Shown piece after piece: positions 1 through 10,300 of a DNA stretch of 64,000 nucleotides (positions within the stretch are counted from its first letter, which is position 1; each line of letters begins with the position of its first letter). The stretch comes from a virus: the IMG/VR virus record IMGVR_UViG_3300042691_015660. One strand, 5' to 3'. The notes beneath the pieces are model-generated. The model saw only the letters and a list, made by a program, of their open reading frames with translations. It was not told the origin of the DNA and did not search any database. The translations under genes and the position numbers were made by a program.

Positions 1-660
1 AGTGAAAGTGCTTGGTGCTGCTTTACATGTCAATGGTTCTGTAGCACAAAACTGAATAATGAAAACTGCGGATTGATCTGTAACGTACAAAATAGTCACT
101 GTGTATACATGTGCGGATGTACACCAAGTTATATCTATCCAATGTGTTGCTATGCTAACTGCTGGGGATCACCATGCTGTGTAGCTGAAATGTGTGGCGG
201 AAACTATCGTACAGGACCACAACCTCATATTGCTAGAGGATTTGGTGGTGAAATTAACTGCTGCGGACATTTTAGCTGCGTGGCATTTATGGCCTGTAAT
301 CCAAATAATCCTTGTTGTATTACATCATATATTCCCGGACCTGCAGGTATGTTCAGCAGAGATGGTGTAGTTTTAGCTGTTTCTCATGAATATAATAACG
401 AATTTAGTAACTATAGTGGTCAAGGTCGTCATCAGCATAACTTTATGGTCAGTGCTGTAAGTCGTAATCCAAGCCAAGGTATACCATGGGCGTACTGCTG
501 GGGCTTTGGCGGCGGCTGTGGCTGTTACGAAGATTCAGGCTGTTATGCGTATGTTCCTCCAGGACATGGTGGTCACAATGCTGTATTTGAAGCAGGTGTA
601 AGAGACCAAGGCGGCAAAGGTGGAAATGCTGCAGTTAGAATTAAATTTATTGCGAGTTAA
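1..660 (+). CDS. Cys/Gly-rich putative virion (tail-fibre-associated) protein, paralog 1, 5'-truncated by window edge
   Basis: Frame is open from base 1 (SESAWCCFTCQWFC...); shares GPAG, NEFSNxSGQG, CGCYE and GGxxAVRIKF motifs with the next two ORFs. Confidence 0.75.
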   Translation, partial: SESAWCCFTCQWFCSTKLNNENCGLICNVQNSHCVYMCGCTPSYIYPMCCYANCWGSPCCVAEMCGGNYRTGPQPHIARGFGGEINCCGHFSCVAFMACNPNNPCCITSYIPGPAGMFSRDGVVLAVSHEYNNEFSNYSGQGRHQHNFMVSAVSRNPSQGIPWAYCWGFGGGCGCYEDSGCYAYVPPGHGGHNAVFEAGVRDQGGKGGNAAVRIKFIAS

Positions 661-663
661 TTA

Positions 664-1659
664 ATGCCAACGTCATTTACATCATTAGTTAGAGAAAGAT
701 TAGCTCAAGCTTTATTCGACGAAGAAAATCTTGAGCAAGGTAAAATTTGGATGTTCTCTGAACCTAATGTGAGAACCAAACAGTTTTGCTGCGTATGCTG
801 GCAAGCACCGTGTTGTGGTTGTGTAGTATTAGAAGTGTGGGGAGCAGGTGGCAGTGGTGCTCGTATGTGCTGTTGCGGCGGAGGCATTCCAGGTAATGCC
901 GGTGCTTATTCACGTAAGTGTTTTTGTGTACAAAGAGGTTGCTCGATCACAGGCTGTGTAGGGTTTGCCTGCGGTAACGCAGATGCTCTATGTTTTAGAG
1001 GTTGTAGCGAACCAACAGGCGTTTGCTGGTTTGGTAACGGCACCGCAGGATGTATCTGCGCTCAAGGCGGTCGTGGCGGCGCTAGTGTGTGCTCAACGGG
1101 TACTAGTTTATTCTGCTGTTTCTTCTTTTTTGGATACTGTGGAACACTAATTAATAGTAATTGTGGAGTTATTTGTAATTTTGGAGCAGGCGCCAACGGT
1201 GTCACAATCGCCAGTTGTTGTGCTCAAGCCTATGGCGGCGATGTAAATTGTTTTGGAAAATTCAGTTGTGCCGGATTCTACGGATGCTTGCCAAATTGTG
1301 TGTGTAGTCAAGTATATATGGTCACAGGACCTGCTGGATATTTTGGAACAGATGGTACCACATTACAATTTGGTACAGAAAATGATAACGAGTTTAGTAA
1401 CTGGTCTGGACAAGGTCACATGCAGTATATTCATGCGATGAATGTCGCCGGAAGAAATCCTGGACAAGGAATTCCAACAGAAAGTAAGTGTTGGACAGGC
1501 GGACGCAGTTGCGGTTGTTATGAAGCTCAAGGATGTATTGCTTGGCATCCACCAGGATTTCCAGGAATGGCTCCAAGTCCATGTGCTAACGTAAGAGATC
1601 ATGGAACACGTGGCGGCCCAGGTGCTATCAGAATTAAATTTATTGCGAGTACAGCATAA
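664..1659 (+). CDS. Cys/Gly-rich putative virion protein, paralog 2
   Basis: 331 aa with 37 Cys (counted); EVWGAGGSG...GGPGAIRIKF brackets typical of phage glycine-rich fibre domains. Confidence 0.75.
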   Translation: MPTSFTSLVRERLAQALFDEENLEQGKIWMFSEPNVRTKQFCCVCWQAPCCGCVVLEVWGAGGSGARMCCCGGGIPGNAGAYSRKCFCVQRGCSITGCVGFACGNADALCFRGCSEPTGVCWFGNGTAGCICAQGGRGGASVCSTGTSLFCCFFFFGYCGTLINSNCGVICNFGAGANGVTIASCCAQAYGGDVNCFGKFSCAGFYGCLPNCVCSQVYMVTGPAGYFGTDGTTLQFGTENDNEFSNWSGQGHMQYIHAMNVAGRNPGQGIPTESKCWTGGRSCGCYEAQGCIAWHPPGFPGMAPSPCANVRDHGTRGGPGAIRIKFIASTA

Positions 1660-2651
1660 TGCCAGTAACATTGACATCATTAGTTAAACAAAGATCTAAC
1701 TCTAATTGGGAAGGAGATATATCCGAAACCAATCTAGAAAAAGGACAAATTTTTGTATTTTCTCCTGGTAATGTGAGAACACCTTTTTGCGGTGGATTTT
1801 GTTGGCGTGCTCCTGGAACTGGTTGTGCTGTAATAGAAGTTTACGGAGCTGGCGGAAGTAGTAGTCGTATGTGTTGTTGCGGGTGGGGTATGCCTGGAAA
1901 CGCAGGTGCTTACGCTCGAAAATGTATATGTGTTACTGCCGGATGTTATGTCACTGGACAAATTGGCTTTAGTTGCGGTAATGCTGATACAATGTTCTTT
2001 AGAGGGTGCTCAGAAGCGACCTGTATTTGTTGGTTTGGTAATGGAACCAACGGGTGTATCTGCGCACAGGGCGGCCGTGCTGGCTGTAGTATTTGTGCTA
2101 CAGACGGTAACTGTGGCGGTTATTGCTGTTACAGATCAGTAGGCTATTGCGGAACTAACAATGGCATGGGTAATGGCATGGGTACTATATGTAATATAGG
2201 TACTACACAGAATTTTATAGCAACTGCCGTAGGCGGTGATTTAAATTGCTGCGGCGGAATAAGCTGTGTGACATTTAGTTGCAGTTGTCCAACTGCTTCT
2301 GGTCGTTGCTGTTATATGGTACATGTTCCAGGACCAGCAGGCGTATGGAGCTGTTGTAATACTCCGTATATTAGCTATACATTTACTGATGATGCTATGG
2401 AAGCTCCTATTCCAGGACAAGGCCTACATGGACTCATCGTAGGACTAAGTACTAGTCGTAATGGCACTAAAGGATCGCCTCATCCTTATAACTGGCGTTC
2501 AGATCGTATTTGCGGTTGTTATGAATCTACAGGATGTGTTCCTTATGTTCCGTACGGTTGGGGAGGCGCAGGACTTGCGTTCTGTGGCGATGTTAGAGAT
2601 AACGGAGTACGCGGTGGCCAGGGTGCTGTTAAGATAAGATTCTTTAGTTAA
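1659..2651 (+). CDS. Cys/Gly-rich putative virion protein, paralog 3
   Basis: Collinear with paralog 2 (NLEKGQI, EVYGAGGS, RMCCC, FRGCSE, CICAQGG, CGCYE); TAATG stop/start coupling. Confidence 0.75.
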   Translation: MPVTLTSLVKQRSNSNWEGDISETNLEKGQIFVFSPGNVRTPFCGGFCWRAPGTGCAVIEVYGAGGSSSRMCCCGWGMPGNAGAYARKCICVTAGCYVTGQIGFSCGNADTMFFRGCSEATCICWFGNGTNGCICAQGGRAGCSICATDGNCGGYCCYRSVGYCGTNNGMGNGMGTICNIGTTQNFIATAVGGDLNCCGGISCVTFSCSCPTASGRCCYMVHVPGPAGVWSCCNTPYISYTFTDDAMEAPIPGQGLHGLIVGLSTSRNGTKGSPHPYNWRSDRICGCYESTGCVPYVPYGWGGAGLAFCGDVRDNGVRGGQGAVKIRFFS

Positions 2652-2665
2652 TAACAGGAGTATAA

Positions 2666-3295
2666 ATGCGTAAATTTTTTACGTTTAAGATATCAGACGA
2701 ACCGTATAAAACAACTACTAATTTGAATAAAACTGTAGATGCTATATATGAAGGTCCAAAATTTTTAGCATTATGTATAGATATTTCAACAAATGAAATA
2801 AAATACATTGCAAGATCAGGAGAAACTGAAGAAGAACTTCAGTTAACTAACCTAATTGACGATGATCCTAATACCGAATTTATTGTTTTAGATGCTTCTG
2901 TCAAAACATTTGAAGCGGCATATCTTACAGGATATTACACTCATGATCCTATTCCGGATCATATAGAAACATTGCCAACTGGTGAAACTTGGACTTACAC
3001 ATTTTCCGGCGGCGGTATAACTCAGAATTATTTTGGTCAAGATATGTTTTACGTAAACGGAGAATTTACTACTCCTCGGTTTAGGGAACACGCTATAACA
3101 AGAGAAACTATGTTTTCGGGCATACAGAATACTATCAATATGATAAACAGTTCTTTAGCAAACAATGATTATAAACCCGAAGAACAACAAGCCATAGAAG
3201 AATACAAATCGTGGCTTAGTAATTTAGAAACTACTTATCCAAATATAGATCATTGGAAATTACCATTTCCGCCCAGTCCTCCAAGAATTTATTAA
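2666..3295 (+). CDS. Hypothetical protein, possible tail-fibre assembly chaperone
   Basis: AGGAG SD; follows fibre-like genes; C-terminal helical Y..WL..L...Y...W..FP pattern resembles fibre-assembly proteins. Confidence 0.5.
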   Translation: MRKFFTFKISDEPYKTTTNLNKTVDAIYEGPKFLALCIDISTNEIKYIARSGETEEELQLTNLIDDDPNTEFIVLDASVKTFEAAYLTGYYTHDPIPDHIETLPTGETWTYTFSGGGITQNYFGQDMFYVNGEFTTPRFREHAITRETMFSGIQNTINMINSSLANNDYKPEEQQAIEEYKSWLSNLETTYPNIDHWKLPFPPSPPRIY

Positions 3296-3299
3296 TCTC

Positions 3300-3328
3300 T
3301 TGACTCTTAATTAGTCTGGCGCTATTAT
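3300..3328 (+). promoter_or_regulatory. Sigma70-like promoter TTGACT-N17-TATTAT
   Basis: -35 at 3300-3305 and -10 at 3323-3328, upstream of the GT gene; overlaps inverted repeat 3313-3355. Confidence 0.5.
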
Positions 3329-3371
3329 ATTAAAAGATATATAATACGCTAGACTTTTTTACGAGGATTAA

Positions 3372-4310
3372 ATGACTAGATCCAAAGCATTTTTTATCAA
3401 TGGCGGCGCTGGCCGTGTCATCTGTGCGATTCCTGCTCTTGAAAAATACGAACAAGAGTCCGGCGACAAAGATTTTGTCATCGTCTGCGAAGGCGGTACA
3501 GACTTGTTCAAAGGACACCCAACATTAGATGACAGAACTTACGATGTCTGGCACAAAAACTTGTTCAAAGAAAAGATCCGAGATAGAGATGTAGTAAGTC
3601 CAGAACCTTATAGAATTTGGGAATACTATAATCAACATTGTAGTCTAGCGCAAGCGTTTGATATTGAAATTAACAAACAAGGTGTTAGAGAATTGCCTAA
3701 ACCAAATTTATTCTTGTCTAAGGAAGAAATGCTACATGGAAGACAAGTAGTTACCGAAATTAAAAAAACGTTAAAAAAAGAAAAATCGATAGTATTTCAA
3801 CCTTTCGGAAGAGGAATTCAATATATAGATGAAAGTTTTGTAGATCCTACTAGCCGAAGTATTGAGTATAAAGATGTAAAAGCATTAATTAGAAAATTAC
3901 AGGAAAATGGATATGCTGTAATTATGATGAGCGAATTAAAACTAGACCTTCGTGAAGAAAAATATAAAGATGATGTAGCAGCGCCTGAAAATGTTGGGCT
4001 AAGACAATGGGCGGCTATTATCAAGTACGCAGATCATTTCTTTGGTTGCGACAGCGTAGGGCAACATTTAGCTTATGCCATGAATAAGACATCCACAGTA
4101 GTTCTTGGTTCAACATATCCTATTAATGTTTCTTATCCTAATGTAAGTACTTTTAATATTTTAGATATGGGCGAAGAAACTAGAGAATACAGTCCAATAA
4201 GAATAGCACCAGATGAAAGAGTTGATCGTAAACATGAGCATATTATGAGTATGACTCCGGATATTCATGACTATGTGATTAATACAATTTTAGGAAAAAT
4301 AGAAAAATGA
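3372..4310 (+). CDS. GT-B fold glycosyltransferase, GT9 (heptosyltransferase)-like
   Basis: N-terminal GGAGRVICAIP; C-terminal LRQWAAIIKYADHFFGCDSVGQHLAYA matches the GT9 DSxxxHxAxA motif; GAGGA SD. Confidence 0.7.
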   Translation: MTRSKAFFINGGAGRVICAIPALEKYEQESGDKDFVIVCEGGTDLFKGHPTLDDRTYDVWHKNLFKEKIRDRDVVSPEPYRIWEYYNQHCSLAQAFDIEINKQGVRELPKPNLFLSKEEMLHGRQVVTEIKKTLKKEKSIVFQPFGRGIQYIDESFVDPTSRSIEYKDVKALIRKLQENGYAVIMMSELKLDLREEKYKDDVAAPENVGLRQWAAIIKYADHFFGCDSVGQHLAYAMNKTSTVVLGSTYPINVSYPNVSTFNILDMGEETREYSPIRIAPDERVDRKHEHIMSMTPDIHDYVINTILGKIEK

Positions 4311-6127
4311 CACTAGAGATACCAACAATAAATCTAAAAACAGGCTGGGTGGCAGCTATCGCTAGGGGCCATAATGCAGGAGTATGCCTACTTAAAGACG
4401 GAGAAATTGTTTTTAGCATAGAAGAAGAAAGATTAAGTAGACAAAAGTACGACGGCGGCCCTTATGCTAGTATGATGAAGATTTTAGAATATACAGATAA
4501 AATCGATTATCTTGTTATAGCGCATACTCAATCTTTACAAACTACAGCCGGTCGTGTGGATTATACTGGCGACGATGTCTATACTGGCTTGGCACGTAAA
4601 TTAAATTTAATTGATCGTAAAGCAAACTTACATAATCATCCGCAAGTAGTAGATTTTAGCTATATGCATCACAAACTTCATAGTGCTTGTGCTTTTTATC
4701 GAAGCGGGTGGACTGATGCTGTTAGTCTCATAGTTGACGGCGCTGGTACATTTATTCAAATACAATACGGAAATAATCCTATGACTATATGGGAAGTAGA
4801 AAGTATTGTAGATTGTGAATATCCTGCTAATTTTAAAACTCTATACAAACATTATGGAACCTTAGAACCAGTTCCCGGTATTCATTGGGAACAACTAGAA
4901 TCTGATAATTTTGGAGAACCAGGTCAATACCATGAAGCGCATCTAACTGATCGTGCTGGAATTGTTAAGGTCTATGAAGGAGTAACAGAATATTGTGGAT
5001 TTAGCAGTATTGAAGCAGGAAAAACTATGGGGTTATTTCCGTACGGAAAAGAAAATTCTTTTATTCCTAAATTGTTCGACACTAGCTCTAAAATTCCATT
5101 AAGTAATCGAAATTTAATTGTGCCTAATTACCCAAACGGATCAAAAGTTAATTCAGAATTATTTGAATTTTTAGATGAAAAAATTTCCGAAGATACTCCC
5201 GACGTCACTTATCTTCAAAGTCGTAGAGATCTTGCGTATGCTGTACAGACACAAACACAAGAGCAAGTGCTAAGACTAATTCGGAAAGCTGTAGAGATGA
5301 CCGGAAAAAATCGCGTGGTAATTAGCGGAGGATATGGATTAAATTGTGTAGCTAACTATTGGTATCTTGAACAATTGAAAGACGAAGGAATTGAAATTTA
5401 TGTAGAGCCTATTAGTAATGATGCTGGCACAGCCATGGGAGCAGCTTTATTATTTTGGCACGATGTTACTAAGAATTCAGAAATACAAAAACTAGATACA
5501 TTATATTTAGGACCTAAATACAAATATTCAGAAAAAGAAATTCTAGAAAAAGTGAATTATGCCGGCGGTGAAGTAATAGATGCCACTTATGAAGATGTAG
5601 TTGAATTATTATCGAAGAAGAATATTGTCAGCATGTTCCAAGGACGTAGTGAAAACGGCCCACGAGCACTAGGTAATCGTAGTATTCTGTTCGACCCAAC
5701 ATTTAAAGATGGTAAAGATTTTGTAAACATGGTTAAACGTCGAGAATACTTCCGTCCATTTGCTGGTACTATTTTACAAGACAAGGTACACGAATGGTTT
5801 GATCTTAGAGGCATGGATGAAAGTCCTCATATGATGTATGCTGTAAACTGCCAACCTGGTGTAGCAGAAAAAATACCTAGCGTAATACATGTAGACGGTA
5901 CTTGTAGAATCCAAACCGTTACACGAGAGCAAAACGCTCATTTCTACAACCTGATAGATGCTTTCTACACAAAAACAGGAATTCCTATCTTGTTTAATAC
6001 CAGCTTCAATTTAGGCGGTGATCCGTTAGTTGAAACCCTGGACGATGCTATTAGCACACTAATACGCAGCGATATCGAGTTTTTGTTCCTCCCAGAGTAC
6101 GGAAAATTAATAAAAATTTCTAACTAA
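4307..6127 (+). CDS. O-carbamoyltransferase, NodU/CmcH/TobZ family, full length
   Basis: GHN..EEERLSRxK, HHxxH, DGxG, GGxxLNCVAN, DAGTAMG, GPRALGNRS, KRREYFRPFA, HVDGTCRIQTV and NTSFN motifs. Confidence 0.93.
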   Translation: MTLEIPTINLKTGWVAAIARGHNAGVCLLKDGEIVFSIEEERLSRQKYDGGPYASMMKILEYTDKIDYLVIAHTQSLQTTAGRVDYTGDDVYTGLARKLNLIDRKANLHNHPQVVDFSYMHHKLHSACAFYRSGWTDAVSLIVDGAGTFIQIQYGNNPMTIWEVESIVDCEYPANFKTLYKHYGTLEPVPGIHWEQLESDNFGEPGQYHEAHLTDRAGIVKVYEGVTEYCGFSSIEAGKTMGLFPYGKENSFIPKLFDTSSKIPLSNRNLIVPNYPNGSKVNSELFEFLDEKISEDTPDVTYLQSRRDLAYAVQTQTQEQVLRLIRKAVEMTGKNRVVISGGYGLNCVANYWYLEQLKDEGIEIYVEPISNDAGTAMGAALLFWHDVTKNSEIQKLDTLYLGPKYKYSEKEILEKVNYAGGEVIDATYEDVVELLSKKNIVSMFQGRSENGPRALGNRSILFDPTFKDGKDFVNMVKRREYFRPFAGTILQDKVHEWFDLRGMDESPHMMYAVNCQPGVAEKIPSVIHVDGTCRIQTVTREQNAHFYNLIDAFYTKTGIPILFNTSFNLGGDPLVETLDDAISTLIRSDIEFLFLPEYGKLIKISN

Positions 6128-6134
6128 TCCTACA

Positions 6135-6184
6135 AATTCTGCCAGTATAACGATATGCTAAATATAGTTAATATTGGCAGAATT
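6135..6184 (+). promoter_or_regulatory. Inverted repeat enclosing a TAAATA late-promoter motif, ending 2 nt before ATG 6187
   Basis: AATTCTGCCA 6135-6144 pairs with TGGCAGAATT 6175-6184; TAAATA at 6159-6164 lies in the loop. Confidence 0.6.
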
Positions 6185-6186
6185 AC

Positions 6187-7311
6187 ATGTTAAACTTTCC
6201 TAGTTTTTTTGATCAAGGTGTCCATTCTACACTACGGTTAAAACCCGGTGTTAACTGGTCTCATAAAGGGCAATGGGTACAAATTTATAGTTCATTAAAT
6301 GTTGAAATTGACCGCTGGTACATTGGCGACTTTTCTAGCGTTTCTTATCAGGTTACAATAGAGTACGATAGTCACACAAAAGAAACTGTAAATTTATCAG
6401 TAGTTGCTACACAAAATAGTGTAAATTTAATAGACTACGGAAGAATTGGTACATTAGGTAAAATAGCAGATTTTTCAATTGACATTAATGACAGTTACGT
6501 ATCATTAAGAGCGAATCCAAGTCATATATCATATGACGGAGCACGAGTAATTTTTATTGCCGACTATGCTGAATCTATAAGTAGCCCTGTAGCAGCTTCT
6601 ATAACTAAAACAATTCAAGAAAGTAAATTTTATTCAGAATACGGATTTCAGACATCTGGATTTACTGTTGCCAATGGTACACTAAATGTAAATTCGTTAA
6701 ATTCTACAAACTTAACAGTAGGAACAAGCTTAACAGTAATTGGCGGAATTGTTACAATAACCAGCTCAGGCGGTGTAGGAAATATAGATAATGTAATAAT
6801 AGGAAGCATAACTCCAAGAGACGGAACATTCGTAGATTTGACCTCTACTAACACAGCATTTTTATCTGATGTGTTTGTAAACGGAAACGTTAATGCGAAT
6901 GCGTACGACAGCATAATAGATTTATCCCCAACAGGAAACGGAACACTTACCATTAATCCAAGTGTAGCGGGATCTATTAATAATATGACTATTGGTCTTA
7001 CTACTCCTAGACCCGCTACATTTACAATAACAAATACAACTTCATTAGTAAGCACTACAGGAACAATAACAACTTTAAATAGTACTAATGGTACTATAAC
7101 TACTTTAAATAGTACTACAGGAAATATTACTACAATTAATTCTACAACTATTACAGCAACAAACGTGACTATCAATAATAATTTAACAGTTGATAATGTT
7201 ACAGCAGACGAAGTTACAATTAATAATGCGCCTTCGGGCCCAAACAAAGCAACAAGAAAAGACTATGTTGACGCCACAGCAGCAGCATTAGCCATAGCAC
7301 TTGGCGGATAA
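6187..7311 (+). CDS. Virion structural / fibre protein with Thr-Asn-rich repeats
   Basis: GxIxNxxIG beta-repeats, GTITTLNST repeats, C-terminal ATRKDYVD..AAALAIALG motif common in phage fibre proteins. Confidence 0.65.
   Translation: MLNFPSFFDQGVHSTLRLKPGVNWSHKGQWVQIYSSLNVEIDRWYIGDFSSVSYQVTIEYDSHTKETVNLSVVATQNSVNLIDYGRIGTLGKIADFSIDINDSYVSLRANPSHISYDGARVIFIADYAESISSPVAASITKTIQESKFYSEYGFQTSGFTVANGTLNVNSLNSTNLTVGTSLTVIGGIVTITSSGGVGNIDNVIIGSITPRDGTFVDLTSTNTAFLSDVFVNGNVNANAYDSIIDLSPTGNGTLTINPSVAGSINNMTIGLTTPRPATFTITNTTSLVSTTGTITTLNSTNGTITTLNSTTGNITTINSTTITATNVTINNNLTVDNVTADEVTINNAPSGPNKATRKDYVDATAAALAIALGG
7060..7149 (+). repeat. Degenerate 30-bp tandem repeat x3 (GTITTLNSTN-like)
   Basis: ggaacaataacaactttaaatagtactaat / ggtactataactactttaaatagtactaca / ggaaatattactacaattaattctacaact. 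Confidence 0.75.
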
Positions 7312-7322
7312 CGGAGAACTAA

Positions 7323-10300
7323 ATGGCAAAGAAAAGAATTCAAAATTATGTATTTTTACCAGGTACCGCTAGTAGCAGTAATGCTTATCCTAATGCGTAT
7401 ACTTTACTTGTTAATAATAAATCTTTTATACAAAAAGAAGCTAATACTTACATTAGTAATAGTATAGCTACAGACACTGCGATTAATTTGAATCCTAACG
7501 CAATTGGATTATTAACTAACAATAAAGAATTTTTAAAGAAAGAAATTAGAGCGTACATAGCAGCTAGAGTAGCAGCTAGTAACGGTCCTTTCGCAGGCTA
7601 TACATATGATGCCGACAAGTGTGAAAGAGATGTTGGGTATGTCATTGATGCTTATATTTACGATTTAAGATACGGTGGTAATGAACAAATACGATATGTA
7701 GCAGAACAATATTGGTTAGGCGGTACTCCCCAAGTAGACGGAACCAGACAAGCAGAAATTTGGGCGCATACTAAGCTAAGAGATATTATAACCAAATATG
7801 TTTTTACTAGAAGTTTGTATCCTACAGAACAAGTAGCAGGAGTAGTTCAAAGCACAGTTGGTTCTGATGCTGAAACACACATGCAGCAAAGATTAAGTTC
7901 CTTATCAGAGGTACTACTAGATGTCATTACTAATGGATTAAGTGTTCTTGAAACTACTAATCTATACCCTAATGCTGCTAGTCTATTAACTAGAAATAAA
8001 GAATTCCTCAAAGACGAAATTACAGCATGGATAGCGACACAAGTAGCAGGAAATATTGCTCCATTTGTAGGGTTTACTTACGACGCATCTAAATGTAAAA
8101 GGGATGTTGGATATGTTATTGAAGCTTACATTTCAGATTTAAAAAACGGCGGAACAGAAAAAACAAGAGAAGCTGCTCAACAATATTGGTTAGGAGGAGT
8201 AGCTCAAGTAGACGGATCTAGAGCAGCCGAAGTAGCAGCACATACAAAACTAAGAGATATTATCGATGATTTTATCTTAGCAAAACTTCCTTATACTAGT
8301 GCGCAGAATCCAGTAGTTACTACTCAAGATGTATCTGGTAGTACTGCTGAAGCAGGAACTACGACTATTATTGCTACACTAGCTAGTGTTGTTATTAATA
8401 CCATTAATTCAGGCCTTATTGCTCTAACAAATTTAAATTTATATCCTAACGCTGCAACCTTATTAACTAACAATAAAGAATTCCTCAAAGACGAAATTAC
8501 AGCATGGATAGCGACACAAGTAGCAGGAAATATTGCTCCATTTGTAGGGTATACATATGACGCTGTTAAATGTAAAAGAGATGTAGGATATATTATTGAC
8601 GGATATATTTACGACATACGTTATGGAGGGAAAGAAGGAACTAGAGATTCAATAAGTCAATATTGGGTTGGTACTACTGCACAAGTTGACGGTAATAGAC
8701 TTCCAGAAGTAGCTGCGCATACTAAATTACGTGATATTATTAATAATAATATTTTACCTAAAGTAGCTTATAGCAGTGTTCAAAGTCCTGTTACTAGCAC
8801 ACAAAATCTGTCTGGATCAGCAGCTGAATCCGGCGTAACAGCAATAATAACCAGTCTAGCAAGTGTCGTTACTAGTGTAATAACCAACGGTCTAAATAGT
8901 TTACCTTTAGTACCAATTACTCAAAGTCTGCGAAACTTTTCGGGTTACGTGTATGACACTAGTAAATGCGAAAGAGATATCGGATATGTATTAGACGCTT
9001 ATGCCAATGATTTGCGATTTGGTGGAAATATAGAAACACGATTTGTAGCAAGTAGATACTGGGAATCGGGAGTTCCGCAAGTCGACGGCGACAGACGTCC
9101 GGAAATTAAAACTCACGAGTTTATTAGAGATTTAATTAATAGTTACATTTTTCCGCAGATTGCTTACACTCCCTTACAAGTTATAGTTTCAAGATACACA
9201 AATAATGGTATTACATATGAAACTGCTGCTAGTTCAAGAATTTATAATTTAGAAAATATTCTTACCACTGTGATAGAAAACGGTTTGTCTAGTATACCAG
9301 CAAGAAGTAACGGTGTAACGCAAATTAAGGTACAAGGAAAAATTAATCTTGAAGAAATACTATTAATTACTAATACAACTAATAATGAAATTCTTTATAA
9401 TTTTAGCAGCGCCGATTACGGAGCTGTAGTAGATTATTTTGACACATACAATAGTAACGGATTTAGTAGAGATGACGATTATCCAGCATTTCTCCAAACA
9501 GCAGATTATGTAACTACAATTACATTAGATATTGATACCAGTACTTGTAGTTCTTCGGATGATATACAAATTTTTGTAGAAAAGAACGAAATGACCATAC
9601 GTCCTTGGGACTTTGGTACAGATGCTATTGAACGTATGCGTGTAGCAACACCACAGTCTATGCTTGATGCTGACTTTGAATACGGGCTACAACCAACAAA
9701 ATGGCAAGCTATTGGATTGCTCAGACAATACCCAAGCGTATATGAAATTCCAGGAACAGATACTGCAGTTTCGACTGTAGTTACAGATGCCAGCGTAGGG
9801 ACAGGAAATGTTGGTGCTAGTTTGATTACAGTTACTACAGCAGGCCCACACGGTTTTACAGTAGGAACTCCGATTACAATTAAAGCACTAGCTAACACTA
9901 TCACTGGGTTCAGCAGAGCAGAAGGTACTTTCTTGGTCAATACTGTACCGACTTCTTCAACGTTTACTTACTATAGTGCTAGTAAAGTCGGAACATCAAA
10001 CGGTCAAGTTTTGGCTACTGCTTATACACAATTAAGAAAAGCTTCTTTTTATACAGGAGCTAGTTTAGGAACTCCTTCTTTTAGCATATATAGTCCAGGA
10101 AGTGCTGGAACAATTACTTCAGAGTTCATTACTACATCCGGGTCCGATCAAATAGCATTTATAGGAACTCCTCCTAGTATTGGTGCCCCGCTAACAGCTT
10201 CTGGAATTAATCCTGGAACACAGGTAACTGGTGTTGTTGGATCTGGCGGTGTAGCAGTACAGACTGGCGCTGCTTCTAGTGCTATAATAGGTGATACTAC

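Noticed and set aside
1-2651. Cys-rich ORFs as RiPP precursors for the radical SAM, or as eukaryotic keratin/metallothionein contamination
   Set aside because: They are about 330 aa, operonic with phage coupling, carry fibre-type Gly motifs and lie 30 kb from a radical SAM that lacks SPASM/RRE features
7995-8550. Diversity-generating retroelement TR/VR pair
   Set aside because: Copies are identical, in frame in one gene, with no adenine-specific mismatches; no reverse transcriptase in the window
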